Source of the DNA: a virus
Taxonomy: Duplodnaviria; Caudoviricetes
DNA: 26,208 nt
IMG/VR virus record: IMGVR_UViG_3300025086_000202
Location: 1 to 26,208 of that record
Reading direction: 5' to 3' (one strand)
The translations under genes were made by a program, and so were the position numbers. The notes under the pieces are model-generated. The model was given only the letters and a program-made list of their open reading frames with translations, ran no database searches and was not told where the DNA came from. Position 1 is the first letter of the stretch; the number at the start of each line of letters is the position of its first letter. Positions 17,872-25,720 of this stretch are shown one piece after another.

Positions 17872-18357
17872 TTAAAAATAATTAACTATAATATTAAATC
17901 TACCTTTTGCATTTGTAGTGCTTGTACTAGCATGGGGTTTATCTGTAGCTAAATGTAGAAGTTGGTTTTCTACAGAAGGAACTCTAGTGCCATCTTCTAA
18001 AATAGTAAACCCATCACAAGTGTTTAAAGAAAGCAAAGCCCCTTTATGTGGAAACTGATAATCACAATGCATAGGATGTTCTACAATTTTATCTGTTCTA
18101 TAATAAAAATTAGCTACTACTCTCAATAAAGCTTTTGCTTTTAGTTTGTCTATCAAAGGTTTAATTAAATTAAACTTATCACTATTTATATTATTATTTA
18201 AATAAAATGAATGTGTAAAGTAACTATCTAAAGCTGAATTTTCTTGATTTTCATTTAACTTTTCTTTTAAGAACCATGGAAAGAAATTATCATGGATAAT
18301 ATTATTTTTAATATTATTGAAAATTTCCTTCATTAAAAAATCTTGTTCTGTTTTCAT
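17872..18357 (-). CDS. 2OG-Fe(II) oxygenase-like protein (HxD...H...R), marine phage type
   Basis: FPWF, YFTHSFY, LRVVANF, MHCD, LNTCDGFT, PSVENQ, PHASTS, RFNIIVNYF. Confidence 0.78.
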   Translation of the reverse strand: MKTEQDFLMKEIFNNIKNNIIHDNFFPWFLKEKLNENQENSALDSYFTHSFYLNNNINSDKFNLIKPLIDKLKAKALLRVVANFYYRTDKIVEHPMHCDYQFPHKGALLSLNTCDGFTILEDGTRVPSVENQLLHLATDKPHASTSTTNAKGRFNIIVNYF

Positions 18358-18902
18358 TTTATTACCATTCTTATATTACCAGCAATTGTAGACTGACGCT
18401 TATTTGGTTTTACAACCATATGTTCTAAATAACTAGGAAATAATACAAATTGATTAGATCTTAATGTAGGTTTATAGACTTCTTTAGAAAAAACAGAAAT
18501 TGCTCTAGAACTCATATTTTTAAAACACTCTATTATATTTTTAGCTGGGTTTAAAAAAACTGTTTTTGATTCTTCAACATCTTTATAAATTATAAAAGAT
18601 AAATCCGAACCTGTATGAATGTGTGGTTCTTGGTAGTCTTCAGTCCTATAATTATTTTCCCAAATATTTTTTAATCTTAACTCAAACGTTCCAGAAACAA
18701 CTTGAGTTAATTCATCGGCAAATGTTTGCAATATAAATTTTATAGTTTTTTTATCTATTATAGAGTCAGGATTATCAACATTATAAGAGCTTGGAGTTTT
18801 AGATAACCAAGTATCTTCGGTCTTTATCTTTTTTATGAATTTAATTTTACTAGCATTAATATTACCAATAAATATAGGAATTGAAAAAATATTGATAATC
18901 AT
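18354..18902 (-). CDS. Putative 2OG-Fe(II) oxygenase, TIGR02466-like (HxH...H)
   Basis: IFSIPIF N-terminus, WENNY...YQEPHIH, LSFIIY, TVFLNP, VLFPSYLEHMV, TIAGNI. Confidence 0.8.
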   Translation of the reverse strand: MIINIFSIPIFIGNINASKIKFIKKIKTEDTWLSKTPSSYNVDNPDSIIDKKTIKFILQTFADELTQVVSGTFELRLKNIWENNYRTEDYQEPHIHTGSDLSFIIYKDVEESKTVFLNPAKNIIECFKNMSSRAISVFSKEVYKPTLRSNQFVLFPSYLEHMVVKPNKRQSTIAGNIRMVIK

Positions 18903-18927
18903 TTTTATTTCTGTAATTTAAGTAAAA

Positions 18928-18949
18928 ATTATACTATTTTAAGTATAAT
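18928..18949. promoter_or_regulatory. Perfect 8-bp inverted repeat carrying TATAAT on both strands, upstream of the oxygenase island
   Basis: ATTATACT-ATTTTA-AGTATAAT in the 54-bp gap between 18902 and 18957. No canonical -35 at 17 nt. Confidence 0.45.
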
Positions 18950-18956
18950 ACAAGTG

Positions 18957-19427
18957 CTAGTCGTTAATCTTTTCAATCCAACCAGTTGAATTATCAGCTT
19001 GATAAGCATCTTCGTCCCAAAGATATGATTTTCCATCTTGTGGTTTTTTTCCAGGAGGATTTGGTGCCTCCCAAATCCAAGAAGAAGTATCTAAAACCCA
19101 AGATGCATGTGGTTGTCCATCATAAAATACATCATTAGCAGGATCGTAGTGCCCCTCTATTTTTGCATAGTTTCCTCTGAAAGCTTTGCTTTGATCAGGG
19201 TCTACATTAGAGGATTCAAAATTTCCTCCAGGTGTATAGTATATATTACCACTAGTGTTGTATGAAGTTTGTTTCCATACAGCATCTGGTTCGTTATAAA
19301 GATTTCTTAAAAAATCAACTCCTAATGATTCTTGCTCATTACCGTTGCTATCAGTAATAACTTCGTCATTAACAACTTCAATTTGAGTTACAATATTATT
19401 ATTGTCTAATTTTGCAAAATGTGCCAT
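18957..19427 (-). CDS. Conserved partner of Gly-rich fibre proteins (putative fibre chaperone or tip protein)
   Basis: MAHFAKLD...WKQTSYN...FRGNYA...YDPANDVF...SWVLD...WEAP...YLWDE, TAATG-coupled to the Gly-rich gene. Confidence 0.65.
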   Translation of the reverse strand: MAHFAKLDNNNIVTQIEVVNDEVITDSNGNEQESLGVDFLRNLYNEPDAVWKQTSYNTSGNIYYTPGGNFESSNVDPDQSKAFRGNYAKIEGHYDPANDVFYDGQPHASWVLDTSSWIWEAPNPPGKKPQDGKSYLWDEDAYQADNSTGWIEKIND

Positions 19428-20287
19428 TATGGTGTGTAACTCCCTGATCCTGTAAATTTCATAATAGTGTAATCACCATCTGTTGTAACAGTAGGTGAGC
19501 CTGATGTAACTCCTGAATATACATTTGTAAATACTCTTAAAATTCCAACTCCTGATCCTCCAGCTCCTGCACTACGGTTATCAGTTTTTACACCTCCACC
19601 GCCTCCGCCTGTATTAGAACTTCCGCCGCCACCAGTTCCAGTTGAACCGCTACCGCCGCCATCACGACCTGAACCTGATCCACCGCCGCCTTGACCAGCT
19701 CCACCGCCGCCTCCGCCGCCTCTTCCGACTGAGCTTCCTGTGATAGATGAGTCTGTTCCATGACCACCAGTTGCAGATTGTCCTGTAGATGCACCGCCGC
19801 CACCGCCGCCTCCAGAAGTACCTGATCCACCACCTGAACCATCAAAACCTTGACCACTCGAACCTGAACCATTACTTGAACCACGGCCTCCGCCACTTCC
19901 TGATCCACCACCGCAGCCACCGCTATTAGCTCCTCTGTTCCAAGAGCCACCGCCGCCTCCGCCAGTGCATGAAACAGTTGAAATACCTGATCCTGAAAGA
20001 GATGTAGTTCCACCGTTACCACCTCGAATGTTATCACCCTGTCCAGCTCCACCAGCACCACCAACAGTTACTGTGTAAGTAGTTCCTTCGACTGCTTCTA
20101 TTACTGATAATGCTGAGTCTCCTCGACCTGAATTTTCTCCTTGTACAGAAGACCTGTAGCCTCCGCCACCGCCTCCGCCGCCATCGTCGGTGCCACCACC
20201 GCCTCCGCCAGCGACAAGAACATATTCCATAGTGTAATCTTTTGGTGCTCCGCCAGATCCGAAACCTAATAATCTGTATCCAAACAT
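19427..20287 (-). CDS. Glycine-rich domain virion protein (putative receptor-binding/fibre tip)
   Basis: EYVLVAGGGGGG...GGGGGGGY, TYTVTVGGAGG, NTGGGGGG, GGSGVGILR, FTGSGSY: polyglycine-II-type Gly-rich domain pattern. Confidence 0.78.
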   Translation of the reverse strand: MFGYRLLGFGSGGAPKDYTMEYVLVAGGGGGGTDDGGGGGGGGYRSSVQGENSGRGDSALSVIEAVEGTTYTVTVGGAGGAGQGDNIRGGNGGTTSLSGSGISTVSCTGGGGGGSWNRGANSGGCGGGSGSGGGRGSSNGSGSSGQGFDGSGGGSGTSGGGGGGGASTGQSATGGHGTDSSITGSSVGRGGGGGGGAGQGGGGSGSGRDGGGSGSTGTGGGGSSNTGGGGGGVKTDNRSAGAGGSGVGILRVFTNVYSGVTSGSPTVTTDGDYTIMKFTGSGSYTP

Positions 20288-20298
20288 TCTAACTCCTA

Positions 20299-21684
20299 TT
20301 ATGCGTCGTTAGCTAAATCAGTAGTGAAGAATAATTTAATTCCTAATAATCTTGAATCAGCATTTAGGTCATCAGCTGATACATCTCTTGACACTTGGAA
20401 AAAAACATACTCATCGTCACCAGGTGATCCTGCGATTGTTACTGCTCCACTTTCTGCTGTAACTGCTAAATCGTTTGATGTTCCACTCATAGCTTTTGCT
20501 GTTGGTCCAACTGCTGTTCCAAAAGCGGTGTTAAGATCGCCATTATCTGCTAATGCAACACCTTGTAAAACATATGCACTTGTACCTGTATCTGTTGAAG
20601 TAGCTGTAAAAAACGCTTGAAAAGTTACTGTGCCTGCATTCCATGATTTAGGAAATGCAACAGCAAACTGTGCAAACTCATCAGAGTCTTTATCAAAATC
20701 TAAAACTTTAAGCTCTGGACCATTTGATAATTCTACTTGTGCAGCTTCTGCACCGTTTGTACTGTTAGGGTACATTGCACTTGAAGGCACCCAAATAGTT
20801 TCTTTACCTGCAATCTTAATTGCAGCCGTGTTATCTCCAGCATCTACTGCTTGAGCAACACCAGTTCCGTTTGGAGCAATAGTAATATTACCATTAGCTG
20901 CATCTGTAATTGTAATTGTTCCAGAGTTTGTTCCTGAATTTGTGTCTAATATTAAATCGTGTGCACCACTTGAAGTTATAGTGGCATTTGCTGCTCCTGT
21001 TCCAACTTTAGTTTCACCAGTTCCTTTTGGTATTAAAGCAATGTCTATATTTGAATCATCACCAGTAGCTGATAATGCTGGTGCATTACCTGTAGCAGCA
21101 TTTGCTATAGTAAATTCGTTTACCGCAGAACCTGTAGCTGTAACTTTTGAAAGTTCATTTCCGTTAGTATCTAAAATTGAAGTTCCAATTTTAGGACTAG
21201 TTAAAGTTTTGTTTGTTAAAGTTTGAGTTCCAGTAAGAGTTACATCACCAAAATCTAGAGTGTAAATGTCTGGGTTAGTTCCATCGTTTGCTGTAGCAAA
21301 CACAAGTTGATCACCTTTATCAGTTGCTGAAAAAGTAAAACTGTCTCCAGATCCTGAAGTATATTTAAATTGTACTGTGTAAGCACCAGATGTTGAATTT
21401 CTTAAAAAATAAAAAGTTTGTGCATCTAAAGGAATTGTTACGATTTGGTTTCCAGTAATTGAACCTGTAAACTCAATCATTCTGTGAGACATTACAGCAC
21501 CAGTTGATCCATCAGAAACTGATAAAGCTGTAGTTTGTGCACCACCTGCTATCGATTGAGCAGTAAAACCACCAGCAATTTGCTCGATGATATTTAAATT
21601 AGTATTTGTTTTTGTTCCCCAAGTACCGGCATTTTCACCGGTTGCCATTAATTCTACGCCAAGCGCTGTAAATGTTGATGCCAT
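20299..21684 (-). CDS. Tail fibre protein
   Basis: 461 aa. GENAGTWGTKTNTNL anchor, TLTGTQTLTNKTLTSPKI shaft motif, repeated I.L.P.GTG units, C-terminal beta-sandwich. TAAGGAG RBS. Confidence 0.75.
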   Translation of the reverse strand: MASTFTALGVELMATGENAGTWGTKTNTNLNIIEQIAGGFTAQSIAGGAQTTALSVSDGSTGAVMSHRMIEFTGSITGNQIVTIPLDAQTFYFLRNSTSGAYTVQFKYTSGSGDSFTFSATDKGDQLVFATANDGTNPDIYTLDFGDVTLTGTQTLTNKTLTSPKIGTSILDTNGNELSKVTATGSAVNEFTIANAATGNAPALSATGDDSNIDIALIPKGTGETKVGTGAANATITSSGAHDLILDTNSGTNSGTITITDAANGNITIAPNGTGVAQAVDAGDNTAAIKIAGKETIWVPSSAMYPNSTNGAEAAQVELSNGPELKVLDFDKDSDEFAQFAVAFPKSWNAGTVTFQAFFTATSTDTGTSAYVLQGVALADNGDLNTAFGTAVGPTAKAMSGTSNDLAVTAESGAVTIAGSPGDDEYVFFQVSRDVSADDLNADSRLLGIKLFFTTDLANDA

Positions 21685-21704
21685 ATTATTTTCTCCTTAA
21701 TCAA

Positions 21705-22730
21705 TTAAGCAGCATGATTTACATCTGTATAAGATGTATTGCCAGTTATGTCAATATCTTTGTAACCTATTGTTCCAAAGCCAGTTGTACCTATTTCTGC
21801 GGTTGCTTCAACCCCTGTTAATCCCATAACATCTTCAGGTGCAATTGATCCAACTGCAGACGTTGCTGATACTCCTGTTAATGGAACGCCTATTTCTGGA
21901 ATAATAGCTCCAACTGCAGAATTTAAAACAGCTGGTGTATCCACACCATCAAGACCAATTCTAATTATTAATACCTCTGTTACTTCTATTTCTCCAACAC
22001 TTACTGTTGCTGATTGTCCACTTGGTACATATGCAAATTCTAAATTAATAGAGCCTACACTAGATGTTGCTGATACTCCTGTTAATGGAACACCTATACC
22101 AGATACAATTGCTCCAACACTTGCTGTTGCTGATTGTCCACTTGGTACATATGAAAATTCTAAATTAATAGATCCAACATTAGATGTTGCTGCACTAGGT
22201 GCAGTTAGTCCTACGACGTCCGCAGGTAACAAAGATCCAACACTTGCTGTTGCTACTGGTAATGCAGTTAATTGAACTAATTTATTAAATGAGTCTCCGT
22301 AAGGTTCTTCACCCCAACCATTTCTACCCCAACCAACTAACGTACCGGCATTATCAAAGTCTCCGACTTGAGAAGTCATTTGACTTGGAGCCGTTAAATC
22401 TGCAATTGAAAGTTGAGTTGTTGTTAAAGATCCTAATGAAGATGTTAAATTAGTAGGTGCAGTTATAGGAGCTTCTATAAATTGTTCAGCAATTAAAGAT
22501 CCTAATGATGTGCTTAAACCAGCAGGTGCAGTTAAAGCGACAGCAAAGTTTACACCCCAACCATCATTACCCCATTGAGCTCCACCCCAACCGTTTTGGT
22601 TGAAAGCTGTTATAGAACCAACTGAAGTAGTTGCTGATTGACCAGTTAAAGTAATTGTAACAGTATTAGATTGCCAGGAGTTTTCTCCCCAGGCTACTGA
22701 AGGACTATCACCACCCCAGATAGATGCCAT
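21705..22730 (-). CDS. Repetitive tail-associated structural protein (about 20-aa LTGxSATxSVG repeats, WG clusters)
   Basis: 341 aa with repeated LT(G/A)xxA(T/S)xS(V/L)G units and three WG-rich clusters. TAAGGAGG RBS. Confidence 0.7.
   Translation of the reverse strand: MASIWGGDSPSVAWGENSWQSNTVTITLTGQSATTSVGSITAFNQNGWGGAQWGNDGWGVNFAVALTAPAGLSTSLGSLIAEQFIEAPITAPTNLTSSLGSLTTTQLSIADLTAPSQMTSQVGDFDNAGTLVGWGRNGWGEEPYGDSFNKLVQLTALPVATASVGSLLPADVVGLTAPSAATSNVGSINLEFSYVPSGQSATASVGAIVSGIGVPLTGVSATSSVGSINLEFAYVPSGQSATVSVGEIEVTEVLIIRIGLDGVDTPAVLNSAVGAIIPEIGVPLTGVSATSAVGSIAPEDVMGLTGVEATAEIGTTGFGTIGYKDIDITGNTSYTDVNHAA
21862..22192. repeat. Intragenic direct repeats: 81-bp pair (21992-22072 / 22112-22192, 5 mismatches) and 32-bp pair (21862-21893 / 22066-22097, 1 mismatch)
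   Basis: Aligned by eye. They encode VGSINLEF[S/A]YVPSGQSAT[A/V]SVG and IGVPLTGVSAT. Confidence 0.9.
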
Positions 22731-22744
22731 AAGGATTTACCTCC

Positions 22745-23185
22745 TTATGCTATTCTAACTATAGCCGTTGTCGCTGCTTTAGCTGGGAATTGAATAGTAA
22801 AAGTTCCACTTGAAACTGTTTTGTCTCCACCAAAAGCTACTGCACAAACAGCAGGATCACCTGTTGCAGTGTCATTGTAGATTAAACATCCATTCGCTGT
22901 GAATGATGCTGACGTAAAACTAACGTCATCAAAATCAGCACAAGCTGTTGATCCATCTAAAGATGGAGTAATGTTTGTTAAAGCTTTTCCGCCTGCAGTG
23001 TAAGCAGATCCAGAAGAGTTAGTGATTTCATTTGATGTAGAGTAAGCAGTAGTTGATGCACTTAGAGTTGCAGAACTTGTATATAATGCAATTTTAAAAG
23101 TGTTTCCTGTAGACGCTGTAAAGTTATGAGTCGCAGTCATAAGTTCGTTTTTAAAACTGTTACATATTGCCGATGTTATTGCCAT
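22745..23185 (-). CDS. Conserved phage tail structural protein
   Basis: 146 aa, CNSFKNEL...FKIALY...YTAGGKAL...DFDDVSF...GCLIYN...FGGDKT...FTIQFP. TAAGGAG RBS. Confidence 0.72.
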   Translation of the reverse strand: MAITSAICNSFKNELMTATHNFTASTGNTFKIALYTSSATLSASTTAYSTSNEITNSSGSAYTAGGKALTNITPSLDGSTACADFDDVSFTSASFTANGCLIYNDTATGDPAVCAVAFGGDKTVSSGTFTIQFPAKAATTAIVRIA

Positions 23186-23201
23186 AATTTTTTCTCCTTA
23201 T

Positions 23202-23951
23202 TTATGGAGACGGTGACTTAACTGGTATTCTAACTGTTCCGTCAGTATAATCGTCTCGTCTTCGTCTACCCAGTTGCATTCCTGCGAACTGTTGTATTGC
23301 ATTTTTATACTTATTTTCATACAGTGTCAACATATCTATTGGACCTTTTAAAAATCCATATGCCTCCACCAAACAAGCATACAACAAACCTTGTGGGAAA
23401 TATGTGCTTAAATAAGTCTCTGAATTTCCATCACTCCCAGAACCTAATCCTGTAGGATATTTATTATAATATACTCTAAACATATAATTTGCGTCAGGTG
23501 TAGGAGCTAAATACATACCCCCAGATGTTGTGCTAGATGTGCCAGTTGCCCCACCAAACATAGCATAATATTTAGGAAGACCGGTTACATCTTGTGCAGT
23601 CAAATCTCCTTCTGGTCCTGTTAATCTATCTACATATTCTGATAAATAGGTTTGATCTTTTTTCTCTAACCAAGTTCCTTTTCCTTGTGTGTTAGCTGTA
23701 GAATCAAAAACTTCTATACCTCTTATAAATAAAGCACCTGCTGGCGCATTAATCGTATTATCATCTGCAACTAAAGTCCCCTCTTGAACTTTTCTATCAG
23801 CGTCCATTGGAAGTTCTTGATTGATTCTCATTTCAGCTGCCATGATAATTCCATCTATAATAGTTGTAGATAAAACATCTGAACTTACTTCTGTGTAATC
23901 CCTAATCGCATTAGTTAACGTAGTATATGTATATTTTGAAATTCCTGACAT
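23202..23951 (-). CDS. Head-tail adaptor/tail tubular protein A-like
   Basis: 249 aa, YTTLTNAIRDYTE...AEMRI...GLPKYYA...LAPTPD..Y...LLYACLVEAYGFLK: adaptor pattern. Confidence 0.72.
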   Translation of the reverse strand: MSGISKYTYTTLTNAIRDYTEVSSDVLSTTIIDGIIMAAEMRINQELPMDADRKVQEGTLVADDNTINAPAGALFIRGIEVFDSTANTQGKGTWLEKKDQTYLSEYVDRLTGPEGDLTAQDVTGLPKYYAMFGGATGTSSTTSGGMYLAPTPDANYMFRVYYNKYPTGLGSGSDGNSETYLSTYFPQGLLYACLVEAYGFLKGPIDMLTLYENKYKNAIQQFAGMQLGRRRRDDYTDGTVRIPVKSPSP

Positions 23952-23953
23952 AA

Positions 23954-24775
23954 TTATGGTCTATCATTTATGGGTCCAATTGTACATTGAAAACCACCCC
24001 CTGTTTCCGTGCTTGATGCAGCGTTAGTTAGTGTAATATTTATACCGTCAAATTGTGTAGTTGTAGATGGTTGACCTGTACCTGGAACCGATGTTTCATT
24101 TAAAGAAACAACTTTATAACCACCAAAAACTTTTGCTAAATTAGAATGAGATCCAGCAACTGTAGGTACAGGAGCTGTTCCTCTGTAAGGTGCACTTGTT
24201 CCTCTAGTACAGCCTGTTAATTGATTTGTAGATCTTCCTGTATATTTTATAACTTCGTTTCTATATTGTCCTACAAGTAATGGATCACTTGTATCATTAG
24301 GAGTTAATACTTTTTCAATTACTATAAATCCAGAAGTTGGAAATTCAGAACCATCTGTTAAGTTAATTGTAGTATCGCTATCTGTTATCGCCCCATTTAA
24401 AGTAGTAGACATTTGTAATGTTGAAACTGCTACACCACCTACCGGAGATTTAACATCTCTAAATCTAACAAAATCATTTACTTGTAAAGCACCATTTGGA
24501 AAATTAATTTTTAATGTAGTGTTAGATGCAGTTACAAAAGGATTTTCAGGTAAAAAATCTTCTGTTGGAAATTCTGTTCTAGCAGTTCTCGCATGTTGTA
24601 AAGCTTGTGGGTCAGCACTTGTTGGTTTAGGATCTAACTGTGGTTGTTTAGGCTCGTACTCTGAAACATGAACCAGGGCACCATTCCATTCTCTAACCAT
24701 TTCGTTATATGGAAAAGCCATACCAGATCTATCTGAAATCGCTAAAGCATATTTACCTTGTGAAAAAGTTGTCAT
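23954..24775 (-). CDS. Neck/tail-associated structural protein with nested beta-domain insertion
   Basis: 273 aa, N-terminal GKYALAISDRSGMAFPYNEM..EWNG..VH.SEYEPKQPQL, followed by beta-rich domains. Confidence 0.65.
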   Translation of the reverse strand: MTTFSQGKYALAISDRSGMAFPYNEMVREWNGALVHVSEYEPKQPQLDPKPTSADPQALQHARTARTEFPTEDFLPENPFVTASNTTLKINFPNGALQVNDFVRFRDVKSPVGGVAVSTLQMSTTLNGAITDSDTTINLTDGSEFPTSGFIVIEKVLTPNDTSDPLLVGQYRNEVIKYTGRSTNQLTGCTRGTSAPYRGTAPVPTVAGSHSNLAKVFGGYKVVSLNETSVPGTGQPSTTTQFDGINITLTNAASSTETGGGFQCTIGPINDRP

Positions 24776-25719
24776 TAACCAATACCCGGATAATAAATTT
24801 TAGGTGAAATATATGTAGAATTAGAAGAACCGTCTTCATCTTCAGCTCTTAACAATTCGTCTTCATATAATAATTTTAATTCTTGAACTCTTGGTGGTGC
24901 ATATTTTACAGCTAAGTAATATGATAAACCTGCAATCATACACGGCACAAATCTATATGGCACGTCTGTTGCATTTGTATAAGCACCTACATCATCAATT
25001 CTTTTTGTGTAATAAAAATTTATAAAATCACCAGCTTGTGAAGTACCTGGTGTTAAATATAAAGTAACAGTTGTTTTATCAATAAATCTTTGAACCCAAT
25101 ATTGTGTGGGTAGACCTTTACTTGTTTTATTAGAAAACCCTTGATATTGCGATCTACTAATTTTTGTCATAGGTGTGTCTACATTTGTAGATGCAACCCT
25201 GTAATTTAATTCTTGTATATCAGTCATTCCGTTTGGAAACTGTAGAACAGTATCACCACTGCTGTGTGTAGCAGCTGTGCTTCCGTTAACACCTCTGACA
25301 CATCCAGTTAAATTTAAACTAGATACACCACTGTAAGTAATTTGTTCATTATTAATTTTTATAGTACCGCCGGTTGTAGGCAGTCCGGTAACTGAAGCAA
25401 CACCAATAGTTGTTACAGTTGCATTTATACCTGCAGATAAAGTTGTGCTGATACCATCCGAAGTACCGTCGGATGGTGATCTAAAAAATGTATATACTGC
25501 TTGACCATCTACTAAAGTTACATTTTGATTTTTAACTTCCCAAAAATGTAATCCTCTATTTCCCCATTCGGAAAATAAAATATTTAAAGATCTTTTAGCA
25601 GTTTTTAACTGATAACCAGAAACACTCTGCATACCAATACGTTCGTATGCATCTTCAATAATCTCATCTATTCCAAGGTTCTTATCAAAAACATAAGAAC
25701 CAGAGGTAGTGTTAGCCAT
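24775..25719 (-). CDS. Head-tail adaptor protein (second adaptor) with inserted beta-domain
   Basis: 314 aa, EIIEDAYERIG...AKRSLNILFSEWGNRGL...GLPTQYWVQR...VPYRFVPCMIAGLSYYLA. Confidence 0.75.
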   Translation of the reverse strand: MANTTSGSYVFDKNLGIDEIIEDAYERIGMQSVSGYQLKTAKRSLNILFSEWGNRGLHFWEVKNQNVTLVDGQAVYTFFRSPSDGTSDGISTTLSAGINATVTTIGVASVTGLPTTGGTIKINNEQITYSGVSSLNLTGCVRGVNGSTAATHSSGDTVLQFPNGMTDIQELNYRVASTNVDTPMTKISRSQYQGFSNKTSKGLPTQYWVQRFIDKTTVTLYLTPGTSQAGDFINFYYTKRIDDVGAYTNATDVPYRFVPCMIAGLSYYLAVKYAPPRVQELKLLYEDELLRAEDEDGSSNSTYISPKIYYPGIG

Positions 25720-25720
25720 A

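Noticed and set aside
17230-18902. HxH oxygenases as non-heme iron halogenases
   Set aside because: Known Fe/2OG halogenases have HxA/HxG to free a halide site; these have HxH or HxD.
19588-20064. 158-aa Val/Ala/Glu-rich alternative-frame ORF
   Set aside because: Frame-shifted shadow of GGN-repeat codons in the Gly-rich gene; no RBS or slippery site recognised.
3327-20064. Plus-strand ORFs antisense to long genes (e.g. 3327-3572, 5214-5555, 6543-6950, 7020-7682, 9073-9378, 11277-11462, 11573-11821, 15065-15274, 17458-17646)
   Set aside because: Ser/Pro/Ala/Leu-biased antisense shadows of biased codon usage, mostly non-ATG starts, no RBS or motifs.
20324-21226. Three consecutive plus-strand ORFs opposite the tail fibre
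   Set aside because: Antisense mirror of the fibre reading frame; no independent coding signals.
21992-22192. Near-identical repeat pair as DGR template/variable repeat
   Set aside because: The five mismatches are not confined to adenines of either copy on either strand, both copies are in-frame coding, and no reverse transcriptase is in the window.
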